Virus record (IMG/VR): IMGVR_UViG_3300045988_161245
Location: 32,001 to 96,000 of that record
Direction: 5' to 3' (one strand)
Source of the DNA: a virus
Length of the DNA stretch: 64,000 nt
Shown: positions 1-8,978 of the stretch, one piece after another
Numbering within the stretch: the first letter of the stretch is position 1
Layout of the letters: each line of letters opens with the position of its first letter
Notes under the pieces: model-generated
The model's input: only the letters and a program-made list of their open reading frames with translations
Told to the model about the DNA's origin: nothing
The model's database searches: none
Position numbers and translations under genes: made by a program

Positions 1-996
1 TAAATCTTTAGTCTGTTTATTTATATATCCGCACACATTGCAAGTCTGTGAACTTGCGAAGAATTTATCCACTTTTATAACATCTCTTCCGTACCAATCG
101 GCTTTATATGTGAGCTGTCGTACAAATTCAGACCATGAAACATCAGCAATAGACCTTGCAAGCCTATGATTTTTAATCATGTTTTTTACTTGTAAATCTT
201 CAATACAGATCACATCGTTGTTCCTGATAATCTCAGTAGATAATTTTTGTAGAAAATCTTTGCGCTGATTTGCAATATGCTCATGAAGTCTGGCAACTTT
301 AATTCTTGCTTTATTACGATTTGAACCACCTTTCGATTTTCGAGATAGTTTTCTTTGCAATTTAGCAAGCTTGCATAATGACTTCCTAAGATATCTTGGA
401 TTTTCAATCATTTCACCATCAGAAGTAATACAAAATTCTTTAATTCCAAGATCAATCCCAATTGAACTTCCAATCTTTTCTAATGGTTTTATATCTACGT
501 CAGTACAACAGAGTGATACGAAATATTTTCCACTAGGCTCTTGTGATACAGTTGCATTAAGTATCCTGCCTTGTGGTATCAACTTGTTTTTCGTTTTTAC
601 CATTCCAAGTTTAGGTAACTTAATATACTTATTACAATACTGAATATTCCCATTTACACATTTTGACTTATATGAATATCTATGTGTTTTCTTTGATTTA
701 AATTTCGGATATCCTGTATGTTCTTTGAAGAATTTTTGATAAGCCGAATCTAAGTCTCTAAGCGAAGATTGAAGAGCAGTGGAATCAACTTCTTTAAGCC
801 ATTTCAATTCAGTTTTAAGTTTTTTCATATCATTTGCACATTGCGCATATGCAAAAGTCTCTTTATTCTTTTCGTATATCTCAATTCTTTTTGCAAGATA
901 TGTATTATATACAAATCTACAGTAACCAAATGTTTTGGCAATAATCTCTCTTTGTTTCTTGTTTGGATATATTCTATATTTGTAAGCTTTTTCCAC
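1..996 (-). CDS. tnpB: TnpB-like RNA-guided endonuclease (IS200/IS605 OrfB family); C-terminus lies beyond the window edge
   Basis: Absent from ORF track because no stop falls inside the window. Reverse translation from GTG 994-996 (GAGGTG just upstream) reads [19 protein letters not shown]...[12 protein letters not shown]...[12 protein letters not shown]...[10 protein letters not shown], giving RuvC D and E motifs and the start of a Zn finger. Confidence 0.85.
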   Translation of the reverse strand, partial: MEKAYKYRIYPNKKQREIIAKTFGYCRFVYNTYLAKRIEIYEKNKETFAYAQCANDMKKLKTELKWLKEVDSTALQSSLRDLDSAYQKFFKEHTGYPKFKSKKTHRYSYKSKCVNGNIQYCNKYIKLPKLGMVKTKNKLIPQGRILNATVSQEPSGKYFVSLCCTDVDIKPLEKIGSSIGIDLGIKEFCITSDGEMIENPRYLRKSLCKLAKLQRKLSRKSKGGSNRNKARIKVARLHEHIANQRKDFLQKLSTEIIRNNDVICIEDLQVKNMIKNHRLARSIADVSWSEFVRQLTYKADWYGRDVIKVDKFFASSQTCNVCGYINKQTKDL

Positions 997-1089
997 TATA
1001 CTTCACCTCACTTTCATATATTTATATATTCTCTCTGTCAAACGATTCATCTCACGACTAAAGTCACGATTATTCTTGTTTGAAGCGCA

Positions 1090-1128
1090 ATAAAAATAGA
1101 GTGCCAAGTTTAATTACCTGACACTCTA
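1090..1128 (-). terminator. intrinsic terminator
   Basis: Stem TAGAGTG (1097-1103) / CACTCTA (1122-1128), followed on the minus strand by TTTTTA. Lies directly after the ORF ending at 1157. Confidence 0.6.
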
Positions 1129-1156
1129 CTCTTCTTATTTAATACTTAATTTATTC

Positions 1157-1375
1157 TTATTTTCTATTCTGTCTTCTCTGTTTCTGTCTTTCTTTGCGAA
1201 TTCTGTTTTTAGCTTTCTGATTTTTACGAATCTGTTCTGCCTTTTCTAATTCTGCATCCTCCTGTAAAAATGTCTGCACCATATTTTTAAGATACTTAAT
1301 GTATTTATCAAGTGCAATACCGGTATTCTTATGTAATAAATATTTTGCAGTTATTTTTGCTTCAAAAGAACTCAT
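1157..1375 (-). CDS. hypothetical protein with lysine/arginine-rich tail; open frame extends upstream to about 1584 without a canonical start
   Basis: Track ORF starts at ATG 1375. The same frame stays open for about 70 more codons (IKIGFTGGHEQTLVPKKVYHDSTTSTIVIDFGD...) with no ATG, GTG or TTG. Confidence 0.5.
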   Translation of the reverse strand: MSSFEAKITAKYLLHKNTGIALDKYIKYLKNMVQTFLQEDAELEKAEQIRKNQKAKNRIRKERQKQRRQNRK

Positions 1376-1596
1376 ATCAGACTCAAACGGAAAACTAAAT
1401 CTTTTATAAATTGCCTTGGCAACAATAATATTGAATGCTACACTTGGATCATACTTATCATCTGCAATTGGTTTTGCTTTAATTTTTCCAACGCTATCTC
1501 CAAAATCAATTACAATTGTACTTGTTGTCGAATCGTGATAAACCTTTTTAGGAACTAAAGTTTGTTCGTGTCCACCTGTAAATCCAATTTTTATAT

Positions 1597-1953
1597 TTAA
1601 TACATTCGCTTACTTTCGTATTTCTCTTTAATCTGCTGCTCCAATGGTTTCTTTTCATATTCGTTTTTCTGCATAATCTTATCCTCACTTTTCTTTTCAT
1701 CGTATAATTTTAAATATTTTTCATTTACAATCTGTCCATAACCATCTTTACACATTCCATTACAATCATGTCCACCAATATTTTCTTCAAATGCAACTTT
1801 ATAAGACATACTTCCATTGTCCCAACTGGTACAAGCACCACATATTGTTCCAACCAAATTAAAAAGATCTTTTTTTGCACTAATACATGGATATTCCATC
1901 TCCTCTTTATGTGCAGTTATAATAACTTTATCTCCAATTTGAAATTTACCCAT
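1597..1953 (-). CDS. hypothetical protein (Cys-rich)
   Basis: 118-aa ORF, co-directional and tightly packed. No domain recognised. Confidence 0.6.
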   Translation of the reverse strand: MGKFQIGDKVIITAHKEEMEYPCISAKKDLFNLVGTICGACTSWDNGSMSYKVAFEENIGGHDCNGMCKDGYGQIVNEKYLKLYDEKKSEDKIMQKNEYEKKPLEQQIKEKYESKRMY

Positions 1954-1970
1954 AAAATTCTCCTTTTCTT

Positions 1971-2378
1971 TTATAATCCGTAATCTTCCAGATCAATATA
2001 CTTCAGCGAATCCACTACTCTCTGGTTCAAAAACCAGTTGGTCCAAGGATTGTCTGCCCAATATTTTGCATCATAAACTTCTTTATTCCATTTATATACA
2101 TTTTGAATTACATTTGCCTTGGAAACATCTTCATATTCACTTGAAATAATCTGACATTGCTTTATAAGTGATTCATACTCAATTTGCTTTGAATGTACTT
2201 TCTTTTCGGTGTTACACTGTTCTATAGCTATAGTTGGAATACAAAGAACTAAGCCGGTTATAGATAATATTATTAGTGCTGCGCATATAATATCAATATA
2301 GATTTCAGAACTTCTTTCACATGCAATAAGAACAAAAGCAATAAGTAACATAATGACCAATATTAATATAATAATCAT
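1971..2378 (-). CDS. hypothetical membrane protein
   Basis: The N-terminal stretches IIILILVIMLLIAFVLIA and AALIILSITGLVLCIPTIAI look like two TM helices. Confidence 0.6.
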   Translation of the reverse strand: MIIILILVIMLLIAFVLIACERSSEIYIDIICAALIILSITGLVLCIPTIAIEQCNTEKKVHSKQIEYESLIKQCQIISSEYEDVSKANVIQNVYKWNKEVYDAKYWADNPWTNWFLNQRVVDSLKYIDLEDYGL

Positions 2379-2421
2379 AATTTAATATCCTTTCCGTTTT
2401 ATTCTTCATCAGGTTTTAAAA

Positions 2422-2634
2422 TCATTCCACATTCTCCCACTTGCAGAGCACAGATTTTCCTGTGCTCAGTTCATCAAGTTCACTTTTCTTAATATAATTC
2501 CATGCATAATACTTCTTACCACAAACCAAACACTCCATAGTCTCAAGTCTCATCGGAAAACCGCTCTGATCGAACTGGATCACATTTGATTTTGCTACAA
2601 TTACACTTTTAGGATGTCTGCAAAATATAGCCAT
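2422..2634 (-). CDS. hypothetical protein
   Basis: The track start GTG 2646 lies inside the SD AGGTGGTGA. ATG 2634 follows at normal spacing, so the start is moved there. Confidence 0.55.
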   Translation of the reverse strand: MAIFCRHPKSVIVAKSNVIQFDQSGFPMRLETMECLVCGKKYYAWNYIKKSELDELSTGKSVLCKWENVE

Positions 2635-2651
2635 ATTTATCACCACCTGCC

Positions 2652-4253
2652 TTACGCTGTCTTATTTTCTTTATATGTCAAATATGAATTAAAATCTTCT
2701 TTCATATCATCGAGAAGTTTCTGTACATCATTCTCTGGTTTTGTACACTGGAAAGCGTAATCTTTAAACCAATTAAGAGCATCTGTATTTGTATCGTTGT
2801 CATATGTATATTTTACGAATCCTACCATTGCAGGAACGTATTTTGCCTTGAGAAGTGTAGTACCGGCTGGAAGCTCCAGACTCCATTCATTCACTTCATC
2901 AAGATACAGATCCACATCTTCAATATTATCTTCTGTATATTCATCAGCAGTGATAAATTCCTGAATTGCCTTATCAGAGAAATTTGTCTTTCCACATACT
3001 GCCATAAGTGTCTGTGCAGCAATACGATCAATATCACTTCCCATTGGAATACCAAGTGCTTCCATTAACTCTGTGTTCTCAAACTTTGTTGCAAATGCAT
3101 CAAATCTGTCTGTTGTCTCAAAAGATTCAACAATATCTTCCTTATTAATAGAAAAGAAATCCATCATAAGAGATTCAAGATACTCTAATTTGCCAAAGAT
3201 TGTATTTCTGTTCTTTGTAGATTTATTTCCCTTAATTTCATCGAAAGATTCTCCATTAATTTTGGTTTCTCTTAACCCACCAATAAATGCCTCTAAAAAC
3301 TCTTTAAACTTAGAATCATCCATTTCAAGTTTTGAGAATTTATCGAATAAAGCAATCCACATTGGCGCATCTTTTTTCTCAAAAAGTTTTGAAAGTTCAT
3401 CGTTGTCTTCAACTAATGCATACATTCTTCCAAGATAGTTATCGAGAAGATTAAACTGTTCTTTTTCACCATTTGTTTCCACATACAAAGCATTTTTCTC
3501 TGCATTACTTTTCCATTCATCTTTAAAAAAGATAATCATTACAGTATCAAGCATTACTCTCTCTGGATCACTGTTCTTTTCAGAAGCTCCATGATAACAC
3601 GGAAGCTCTTTAAAGAATGGATTGGAACTCATAATTTCTTTTGTCCATTTTGCAGTCTGTTCCATATATGTAACGGATTTCTGATTTTTATTCATACTCT
3701 TCTGATTGTTATATCTTCGAATATGATAACCCATTCTACTTTCTGTACAGTTTGAATGCTCTACATAAATTACTTTGTAATTATTAAATCTTTCCTTAAG
3801 CTCCATAGGAAGATCTTTATAACGTTTTCCACGAAGATCAAACTCTAACTCTTCCATAATTGGATAGCCATCTTCATCTTTAACTACATTTCCGTTTTCA
3901 TCCTTTTTTGCTGACTCGTATGGAACAATGTAATTTTCAAGATTTTTCCCAAGAGCAAACACATTATTATAGAAATTATTCCATGTTTCAAATCTGTTTC
4001 CACCATCTACAATCCACTTTTGAGATGGTTTGCCTTCTCGAATTTCTTCACAGATTTTTACTGGATCAATATCTTCACCTTGTACAGTTGTTACAATTGC
4101 CTGGTCACGAATCTGATTATTCCACTGAGTAGATTTTCTCTGCAGCCAAAAGTCTCTTCTAATTTCACCTCTATCCAACTTACCAAGAAGAGTCTTAAGA
4201 AATTTCTGATCTCTTACCATTTTTTCGTTTTTGTTTGGTCTGATACATAACAT
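2652..4253 (-). CDS. DUF262 / ParB-like (GmrSD N-terminal type) domain protein
   Basis: The N-terminus LKTLLGKLDRGEIRRDFWLQRKSTQW...IVDGGNRFETW follows the DUF262 pattern (FQR..vW ... iDGqQRltT). GGAGGAAG SD precedes the ATG. The start overlaps the stop of the sigma-like gene. Confidence 0.65.
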   Translation of the reverse strand: MLCIRPNKNEKMVRDQKFLKTLLGKLDRGEIRRDFWLQRKSTQWNNQIRDQAIVTTVQGEDIDPVKICEEIREGKPSQKWIVDGGNRFETWNNFYNNVFALGKNLENYIVPYESAKKDENGNVVKDEDGYPIMEELEFDLRGKRYKDLPMELKERFNNYKVIYVEHSNCTESRMGYHIRRYNNQKSMNKNQKSVTYMEQTAKWTKEIMSSNPFFKELPCYHGASEKNSDPERVMLDTVMIIFFKDEWKSNAEKNALYVETNGEKEQFNLLDNYLGRMYALVEDNDELSKLFEKKDAPMWIALFDKFSKLEMDDSKFKEFLEAFIGGLRETKINGESFDEIKGNKSTKNRNTIFGKLEYLESLMMDFFSINKEDIVESFETTDRFDAFATKFENTELMEALGIPMGSDIDRIAAQTLMAVCGKTNFSDKAIQEFITADEYTEDNIEDVDLYLDEVNEWSLELPAGTTLLKAKYVPAMVGFVKYTYDNDTNTDALNWFKDYAFQCTKPENDVQKLLDDMKEDFNSYLTYKENKTA

Positions 4254-4255
4254 AA

Positions 4256-4933
4256 TTAGTCTTCCTCCAATGCTAATCTAAATTCTGAAGTTCTCATATC
4301 GGTTACATAATCAAAATACTGTTTGTTAGTAAGTTGCAATCTCTCTTGAATCTCATTTGGTTTATAACCATCAATCATCAGAGAAACTATTTTCTTTTGT
4401 GTTTTATTGAGTTTGTTAATACATGCTTCTAATTTTGATGCTTTTTTATTCGAAAAAATAATGTCTTCAACATCTTTTTCACATTGAATTGTGTCTGCAT
4501 ATGTAATATCTGAATCAGAGTCTATTTTGTCATAGATACTGACAGTTTTTACTCTCACGCTTTTTTTGACTTTTTCGCCATTTTCATCACGTTTTTCAGG
4601 GTCCCAATTTCCGTCACCACCACGCTTAAGAGAATTAATTCCATAAATATAGCTGATAAATTTCTTTTGCATATACGGATAAACATATGCTCTAAACGGT
4701 CCTGTAGTTGGATCATAAGACTCCAGGCAAAATGTGATAATATATCCTGCTAAAGATTCAAAATCATCTCTGTAATAATCTGGAATATCATTCCAAATTA
4801 TATGAAGTATCTGGTTGCAAAGTTTTTTAAGCTCCTTTCCTTTGTCTTTGTAGAAAAAGTCAACTATGTTATTGACCTCATCTTCTGTAAGTTTCTCATT
4901 CTTACTCCATTTCTCTGATCCCATAATTTTCAT
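4256..4933 (-). CDS. sigma-70 family (ECF/TcdR-like) phage sigma factor
   Basis: Region-2-like FRAYVYPYMQKKFISYIYG and C-terminal region-4 HTH LNKTQKKIVSLMIDGYKPNEIQERLQLTNKQYFDYV. Start taken at ATG 4933 rather than TTG 4945. Confidence 0.6.
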   Translation of the reverse strand: MKIMGSEKWSKNEKLTEDEVNNIVDFFYKDKGKELKKLCNQILHIIWNDIPDYYRDDFESLAGYIITFCLESYDPTTGPFRAYVYPYMQKKFISYIYGINSLKRGGDGNWDPEKRDENGEKVKKSVRVKTVSIYDKIDSDSDITYADTIQCEKDVEDIIFSNKKASKLEACINKLNKTQKKIVSLMIDGYKPNEIQERLQLTNKQYFDYVTDMRTSEFRLALEED

Positions 4934-4949
4934 TCTGCCACTCAAAATA

Positions 4950-5114
4950 TGAACAAAATATCCATATCGAGAATTGAAATCCTCACGGATATTTCTTACT
5001 GCTTCATTGTATATGCTTTCATGGTTATTTAACTCACTACTCGCAGATCCTTGTATACTCCACAGTCGTAAATTCCCGACTAAGCCATCGGTACATACTT
5101 ACTTTTGCTTTTAT
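4950..5114 (-). ncRNA. candidate TnpB guide-RNA (omega/reRNA) scaffold
   Basis: A 165-nt noncoding gap lies immediately 3' of the tnpB stop. It is GC-richer than its surroundings and has stems such as AGTCG...CGACT. TnpB omega RNAs are known to derive from the 3' end or right end of the element. Confidence 0.35.
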
Positions 5115-6287
5115 TTATGCAATTTCGTAAGCTATCGCATCTCTTAAATTAAGTGCTGCATTATAATCTCTATCAGCATAATATCCACATTCGCAAATAT
5201 ATTCTCTGTCAGAAAGTTTTAAATCTTTCTTAATACATCCACATTCGTGACATAATTTGCTTGATGGAAACCACCGATCCACAATTCTTAATTCGATTCC
5301 TAATTCTTTGCATTTTTCAATAAGCTTTAATCTGAACTCATAAAACTTCTGTGATGCAACTGCTTTAGAGAGATGTTTATTCTTCATCATTCCTTTTATA
5401 TTAAGATCTTCAATAGTTATATAAGATGGTTTGGTTTTCACTATCTCTGTTATTGTTTTATTAATATAATCGGTTCGAATATTAGTTATTCTTTGATAAA
5501 TTTTCTGTACCTTTAAAACTTGTTTTTGAATATTCTGTTTAGTAGCTGCTCCTTTATTGTTTTTGTTTCGTTGTTTATAACTTTCGTATTTTCTCGAAAG
5601 ACAACGTTGTTCTCTTTTTAATTTCTTTTTTAGCTTTTTAAATTTTTTTGTTTTATTAATATTTTTCTTTACAGTACCATCGCTTATTACTGCAAATTCC
5701 TTTATACCTAGATCAATTCCTAAACCAAAATCATTTAAAATAGCTTTATCTTGTTCTGGAACATCAACTAAAACAGAAATATAATATCTTTCTGCTTTCA
5801 TAGATATAGTTCCACTTTTAATTACTAATCCTGATTTAGTTGTTGGAATATAACCATTTTCTTTAAGCCTGACCCAACCTAATGTAGGAACTTTTATACG
5901 ATGCCTTTCACACCATATAACCGACTTACTATCGGTTTTTACAAAATACATTTTTACATCAGATTTGTTTTTCTTTTTAAATTTGGGGAATTTACTTTGA
6001 TTTTTGAAGAATCGTTTAAAAGATTTGTCTGCATTCATTATGCTTTGCTTGACAGATTTGGAGCTTACTTCTTTTATCCATAGATAATTAGGATTTTCTT
6101 TTAGGAATACATTATTTAACCATTTAGAAAAATCCATTCCTGAAACAAATATTTTTTCTTTTTTATACATCTCTATATTATGTGCAATATAGAAATTATA
6201 AATGTATCTACATGTCCCAATAGTTTTATTTATTATTTGTTTCTGCTCCAATGTCGGATTTATCTCCGTTTTGAAGCTTTTTAGCAT
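5115..6287 (-). CDS. tnpB: TnpB-like RNA-guided endonuclease
   Basis: 390 aa with [11 protein letters not shown] (RuvC-I D), YITIEDLNIKGM (E), CHECGCIKK...YICECGYYADRDYNAALN (Zn finger plus RuvC-III D). Confidence 0.9.
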   Translation of the reverse strand: MLKSFKTEINPTLEQKQIINKTIGTCRYIYNFYIAHNIEMYKKEKIFVSGMDFSKWLNNVFLKENPNYLWIKEVSSKSVKQSIMNADKSFKRFFKNQSKFPKFKKKNKSDVKMYFVKTDSKSVIWCERHRIKVPTLGWVRLKENGYIPTTKSGLVIKSGTISMKAERYYISVLVDVPEQDKAILNDFGLGIDLGIKEFAVISDGTVKKNINKTKKFKKLKKKLKREQRCLSRKYESYKQRNKNNKGAATKQNIQKQVLKVQKIYQRITNIRTDYINKTITEIVKTKPSYITIEDLNIKGMMKNKHLSKAVASQKFYEFRLKLIEKCKELGIELRIVDRWFPSSKLCHECGCIKKDLKLSDREYICECGYYADRDYNAALNLRDAIAYEIA

Positions 6288-6480
6288 TCACGTCCTCCTT
6301 ATTTTGATTTACACCTTTAAATTGCAAATAATGTTCATAAGTATAATATCTTCTATTAGTAGGAGTACGATTTGCTATTAAGATTCCTGCTCTATCCCAA
6401 CGCTGCAATGTTTTTACAGATACATTTAACAATTCAGCAAATTCTCTTGGTTTATAGTTAGTGATATTTTTTGTGTTCAT
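6226..6480 (-). CDS. MerR-type HTH protein, resembling only the N-terminal DNA-binding domain of IS607 TnpA
   Basis: REFAELLNVSVKTLQRWDRAGILIANRTPTNRRYYTYEHYLQF. The ORF ends after 84 aa inside the tnpB 5' end, with no resolvase domain. Confidence 0.6.
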   Translation of the reverse strand: MNTKNITNYKPREFAELLNVSVKTLQRWDRAGILIANRTPTNRRYYTYEHYLQFKGVNQNKEDVNAKKLQNGDKSDIGAETNNK

Positions 6481-6719
6481 AATATCGTCCTCCTTATGAA
6501 CACATTATAACACTTTTGTACACATTTATCTACATTTTTTTCATTCTCCCTTTACATTTGAATTTTGCGTATACTAAATACACTATTCGCTTCTAAAAAG
6601 AGAATGAAATTATTCTTAAAAAGATAACAATTCCATTTTTAGCAAATAGCATATTTAATATACAGTTATACTCACGGAATTTCTCTTACAGAATGGCAAG
6701 AGATTAGAATTGGAAAATA

Positions 6720-6748
6720 TTGACATTTCCATTGAATTGCTACATAAT
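6720..6748 (+). promoter_or_regulatory. sigma-70-like promoter
   Basis: TTGACA (6720-6725), a 17-nt spacer, then CATAAT (6743-6748). Confidence 0.4.
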
Positions 6749-6754
6749 ATGTAT

Positions 6755-6832
6755 GTATCCATCCGTGGGTACAGAAAACCCTGTCCTATCAGCTGACGGT
6801 CGCCAAACTTTCTGCTGGTAGGGCATTTTTCT
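6755..6832 (+). ncRNA. candidate small RNA (about 75 nt)
   Basis: Lies downstream of the promoter above. Has a 5' hairpin GTATCCA-tccg-TGGGTAC and a terminal hairpin CCCT..CAGC/GCTG..AGGG followed by TTTTT. No ORF. Confidence 0.35.
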
Positions 6833-6833
6833 T
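6774..6833. terminator. bidirectional intrinsic terminator
   Basis: Hairpin 6779-6823 is flanked by AAAA on the left and TTTTT on the right. On the minus strand it closes the mazF-like operon. Confidence 0.55.
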
Positions 6834-6958
6834 TATAAGATCAATGTCGATTAAAAATCAGAACATTTGTTCTTTTATGTATTTGATTATACCACTTTAT
6901 CGTACCAATAAAAAGGTATAATTTAACATTTTCGAACTTTTGTTCGATTTTTGTTCGA

Positions 6959-7192
6959 TCAGAATAGAATAACAATAGAGCTACATGGAGAAAATTTGAA
7001 TTTCCCTTTGATTCCATGTAGCTCTATCTTCCTGATATATTCAGAATCGCTATAAGTAATAGTCTTTGCATTCTGAATATTTTTCTCCACCCTCCTCTTG
7101 CCAATTTTTTTAGATTTTGAAGATATACCTTTTTTCTTGTTATAGTACATTGCACAAACTTTACTTCCTACAATCCCTTTTATAAGTTCCAT
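6959..7192 (-). CDS. hypothetical basic protein, second gene of the mazF-like cassette
   Basis: ATG 7192 is preceded by AAGGTGGAGG and lies 15 nt after the mazF-like stop. The product is K/R-rich. Confidence 0.55.
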   Translation of the reverse strand: MELIKGIVGSKVCAMYYNKKKGISSKSKKIGKRRVEKNIQNAKTITYSDSEYIRKIELHGIKGKFKFSPCSSIVILF

Positions 7193-7206
7193 TGCCTCCA
7201 CCTTAT

Positions 7207-7647
7207 TTAATTCGCACATACAGTCCCCTCCTTAACAAGTTTACAGAAAAGCTGTGTAATCTTGGTCCATAATGGATTTCCATATCTACTTTTTCCAGTA
7301 AGATTAGCCATATATGTTCCAATAATTCCATCTTTATCTGCGGTATTATCTACTACACCAATTTTCTGTTTAATACGCTGCTTTGAGATCTGTGTAATAG
7401 TCTCCCCTAATACCATTGAATCAAATCGTAATCCATTCGCATTATTCTTCCTAATTATGTAATGGGTTGGCTGATTTGCTTTCTTAAGTTCCTTTGTAAG
7501 CGCCATTACAAGAACAGTTGGACTGTGAATGTTGCCGGTATCATTTTGAATGATTATCACAGGTCGTATACCTTTCTGCTCAGATCCTATGGTTCCTTTA
7601 CTAGAAAGATCAGCGTAAACAATATCAAACTGTTTGTATTCGTCCAC
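7207..7647 (-). CDS. mazF: MazF/PemK/Kid-family endoribonuclease toxin-like protein
   Basis: FDIVYADLSSKGTIGSEQKGIRPVIIIQNDTGNIHSPTVLVMALT matches the PemK fold signature. GTG start is preceded by AGGAAGTGAG. The C-terminus is about 30 aa longer than typical MazF. Confidence 0.75.
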   Translation of the reverse strand: MDEYKQFDIVYADLSSKGTIGSEQKGIRPVIIIQNDTGNIHSPTVLVMALTKELKKANQPTHYIIRKNNANGLRFDSMVLGETITQISKQRIKQKIGVVDNTADKDGIIGTYMANLTGKSRYGNPLWTKITQLFCKLVKEGTVCAN

Positions 7648-7674
7648 TACTTCTCACTTCCTTTCGTTTTTAGT

Positions 7675-7704
7675 ATAAAAAAGACACCACATAATGTGAT
7701 GTCT
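7675..7704 (-). terminator. intrinsic terminator
   Basis: Stem AGACACCACA / TGTGATGTCT (7682-7704), followed on the minus strand by TTTTTTAT. Confidence 0.7.
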
Positions 7705-7723
7705 AAGTATAATCATTATATTT

Positions 7724-8023
7724 TCATTCTGTTTCTGCAATATCATAATCAGATCCTGCAACAAACTCTCCATCTTCATCTGAATCAAAATACTCTAATG
7801 CATATTCTTCAATATCATACATTCCATTCGATTCTTGATAACTGCATTTGTATTTTTTCAATGCATCTAAAGCCTTTTCTTTCTCATCTTCATTCCATCG
7901 AGAAATCTCTTCTGCATCAGAATCATTTCCCCATATTGTATCACCAGGCTCAAAATTTTTATATTCCCTTGTCGTAAGGAATGCCGTTCCTTTTAACAAC
8001 CTAATTGTATTATAGTAACTCAT
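7724..8023 (-). CDS. hypothetical acidic protein
   Basis: ATG 8023 has an AAAGGAGAGG SD. The upstream gene stops at 8047. Confidence 0.6.
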   Translation of the reverse strand: MSYYNTIRLLKGTAFLTTREYKNFEPGDTIWGNDSDAEEISRWNEDEKEKALDALKKYKCSYQESNGMYDIEEYALEYFDSDEDGEFVAGSDYDIAETE

Positions 8024-8046
8024 AATTTCCTCTCCTTTATCAAGTC

Positions 8047-8292
8047 TCATCCAATCGGTGGTTTATCCAGCATGTGCCATTCCCAATCAATTGGAATTAC
8101 TTCATCTGCCGTTTCCATTACTGCACAATCCTTATCACAACCATCTTGTACACAAGAACAAGCCATTTTTGTCTTCTTCATTTCACCAGGATAACCGTCA
8201 TACTGAACCAACCATAGTCCTCTATAATGCATTCGCTTGCAAAGTCCATATTCATATTCATATTTTGTTTGCCTTATTGGTGGCTCTTCCAT
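8047..8292 (-). CDS. hypothetical Cys-rich protein
   Basis: 81-aa ORF in the co-directional block. Confidence 0.55.
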   Translation of the reverse strand: MEEPPIRQTKYEYEYGLCKRMHYRGLWLVQYDGYPGEMKKTKMACSCVQDGCDKDCAVMETADEVIPIDWEWHMLDKPPIG

Positions 8293-8313
8293 AGCGTTAT
8301 CTCCTTTGCTCTG

Positions 8314-8910
8314 TTAAAATAGTATTCTGTCTTTTTTATCAGAATACAGGTGATATTCAGGTTCATTATATATAAATGGGTCGCCATATTCATTATAAGA
8401 CACTAACGTTGCAAACCTAAATTTACTTTCATCTGGTGAGTATTTACGTTCCCAATCTATGGTTTCTACCTGTTCTTTAAATACCATTTTTTTATATAAT
8501 TCACTTTTAAGGGCAGCCATTATAAATTCATCATTGAAAATCACATTATTATTATGTTTATCCAAATATGTAAAATTCTTTTTTATTACAATAGGATGAA
8601 ACACATCATATATTATTTCATACACTTGATAAACAAATATATTATTTAGTGTATTTTTATAAAAATTTTCATATTCCTCAAATGTTCTGACAGGTTTTCC
8701 ACTCATGCACCACTTATGAAATTCATTAAATACTTTGTGAGCTTCACATTTCATTTTAAAAAGATAAATTTCATATTTATCTTCTGCCGGCAAAAGCCCA
8801 TCAACGACTGCTAATAAAATATTTTCTTTATCTTTCTCGGTTAACTTGTTCTTTTCAACTATGCATTTATCGTATATAGTCATCAGCTGTTCTAAGTATT
8901 CTGCTTTCAC
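8314..8910 (-). CDS. hypothetical protein
   Basis: 198 aa; GTG start is preceded by GGAGGT. Confidence 0.6.
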   Translation of the reverse strand: MKAEYLEQLMTIYDKCIVEKNKLTEKDKENILLAVVDGLLPAEDKYEIYLFKMKCEAHKVFNEFHKWCMSGKPVRTFEEYENFYKNTLNNIFVYQVYEIIYDVFHPIVIKKNFTYLDKHNNNVIFNDEFIMAALKSELYKKMVFKEQVETIDWERKYSPDESKFRFATLVSYNEYGDPFIYNEPEYHLYSDKKDRILF

Positions 8911-8978
8911 GAACTAATACCTCCGATTAAATATCTGTTTTATTAATCAATCTGCATCAATAATTTCTACCGTAGTTC

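Larger units (their letters stand above)
4950..6480 (-). mobile_element. degenerate IS607-family-like element (HTH remnant of TnpA plus intact tnpB)
   Basis: A MerR-type HTH ORF overlaps the tnpB start and no serine-recombinase catalytic domain is present. Element ends are not defined. Confidence 0.5.

Noticed and set aside
371-1083. Plus-strand ORFs 371-643 and 769-1083
   Set aside because: They are antisense to the intact TnpB reading frame on the minus strand.
1584-1610. Programmed -1 frameshift joining ORF 1597-1953 to the 1157 frame
   Set aside because: The overlap window between the two frames is only about 10 nt and contains no slippery heptamer.
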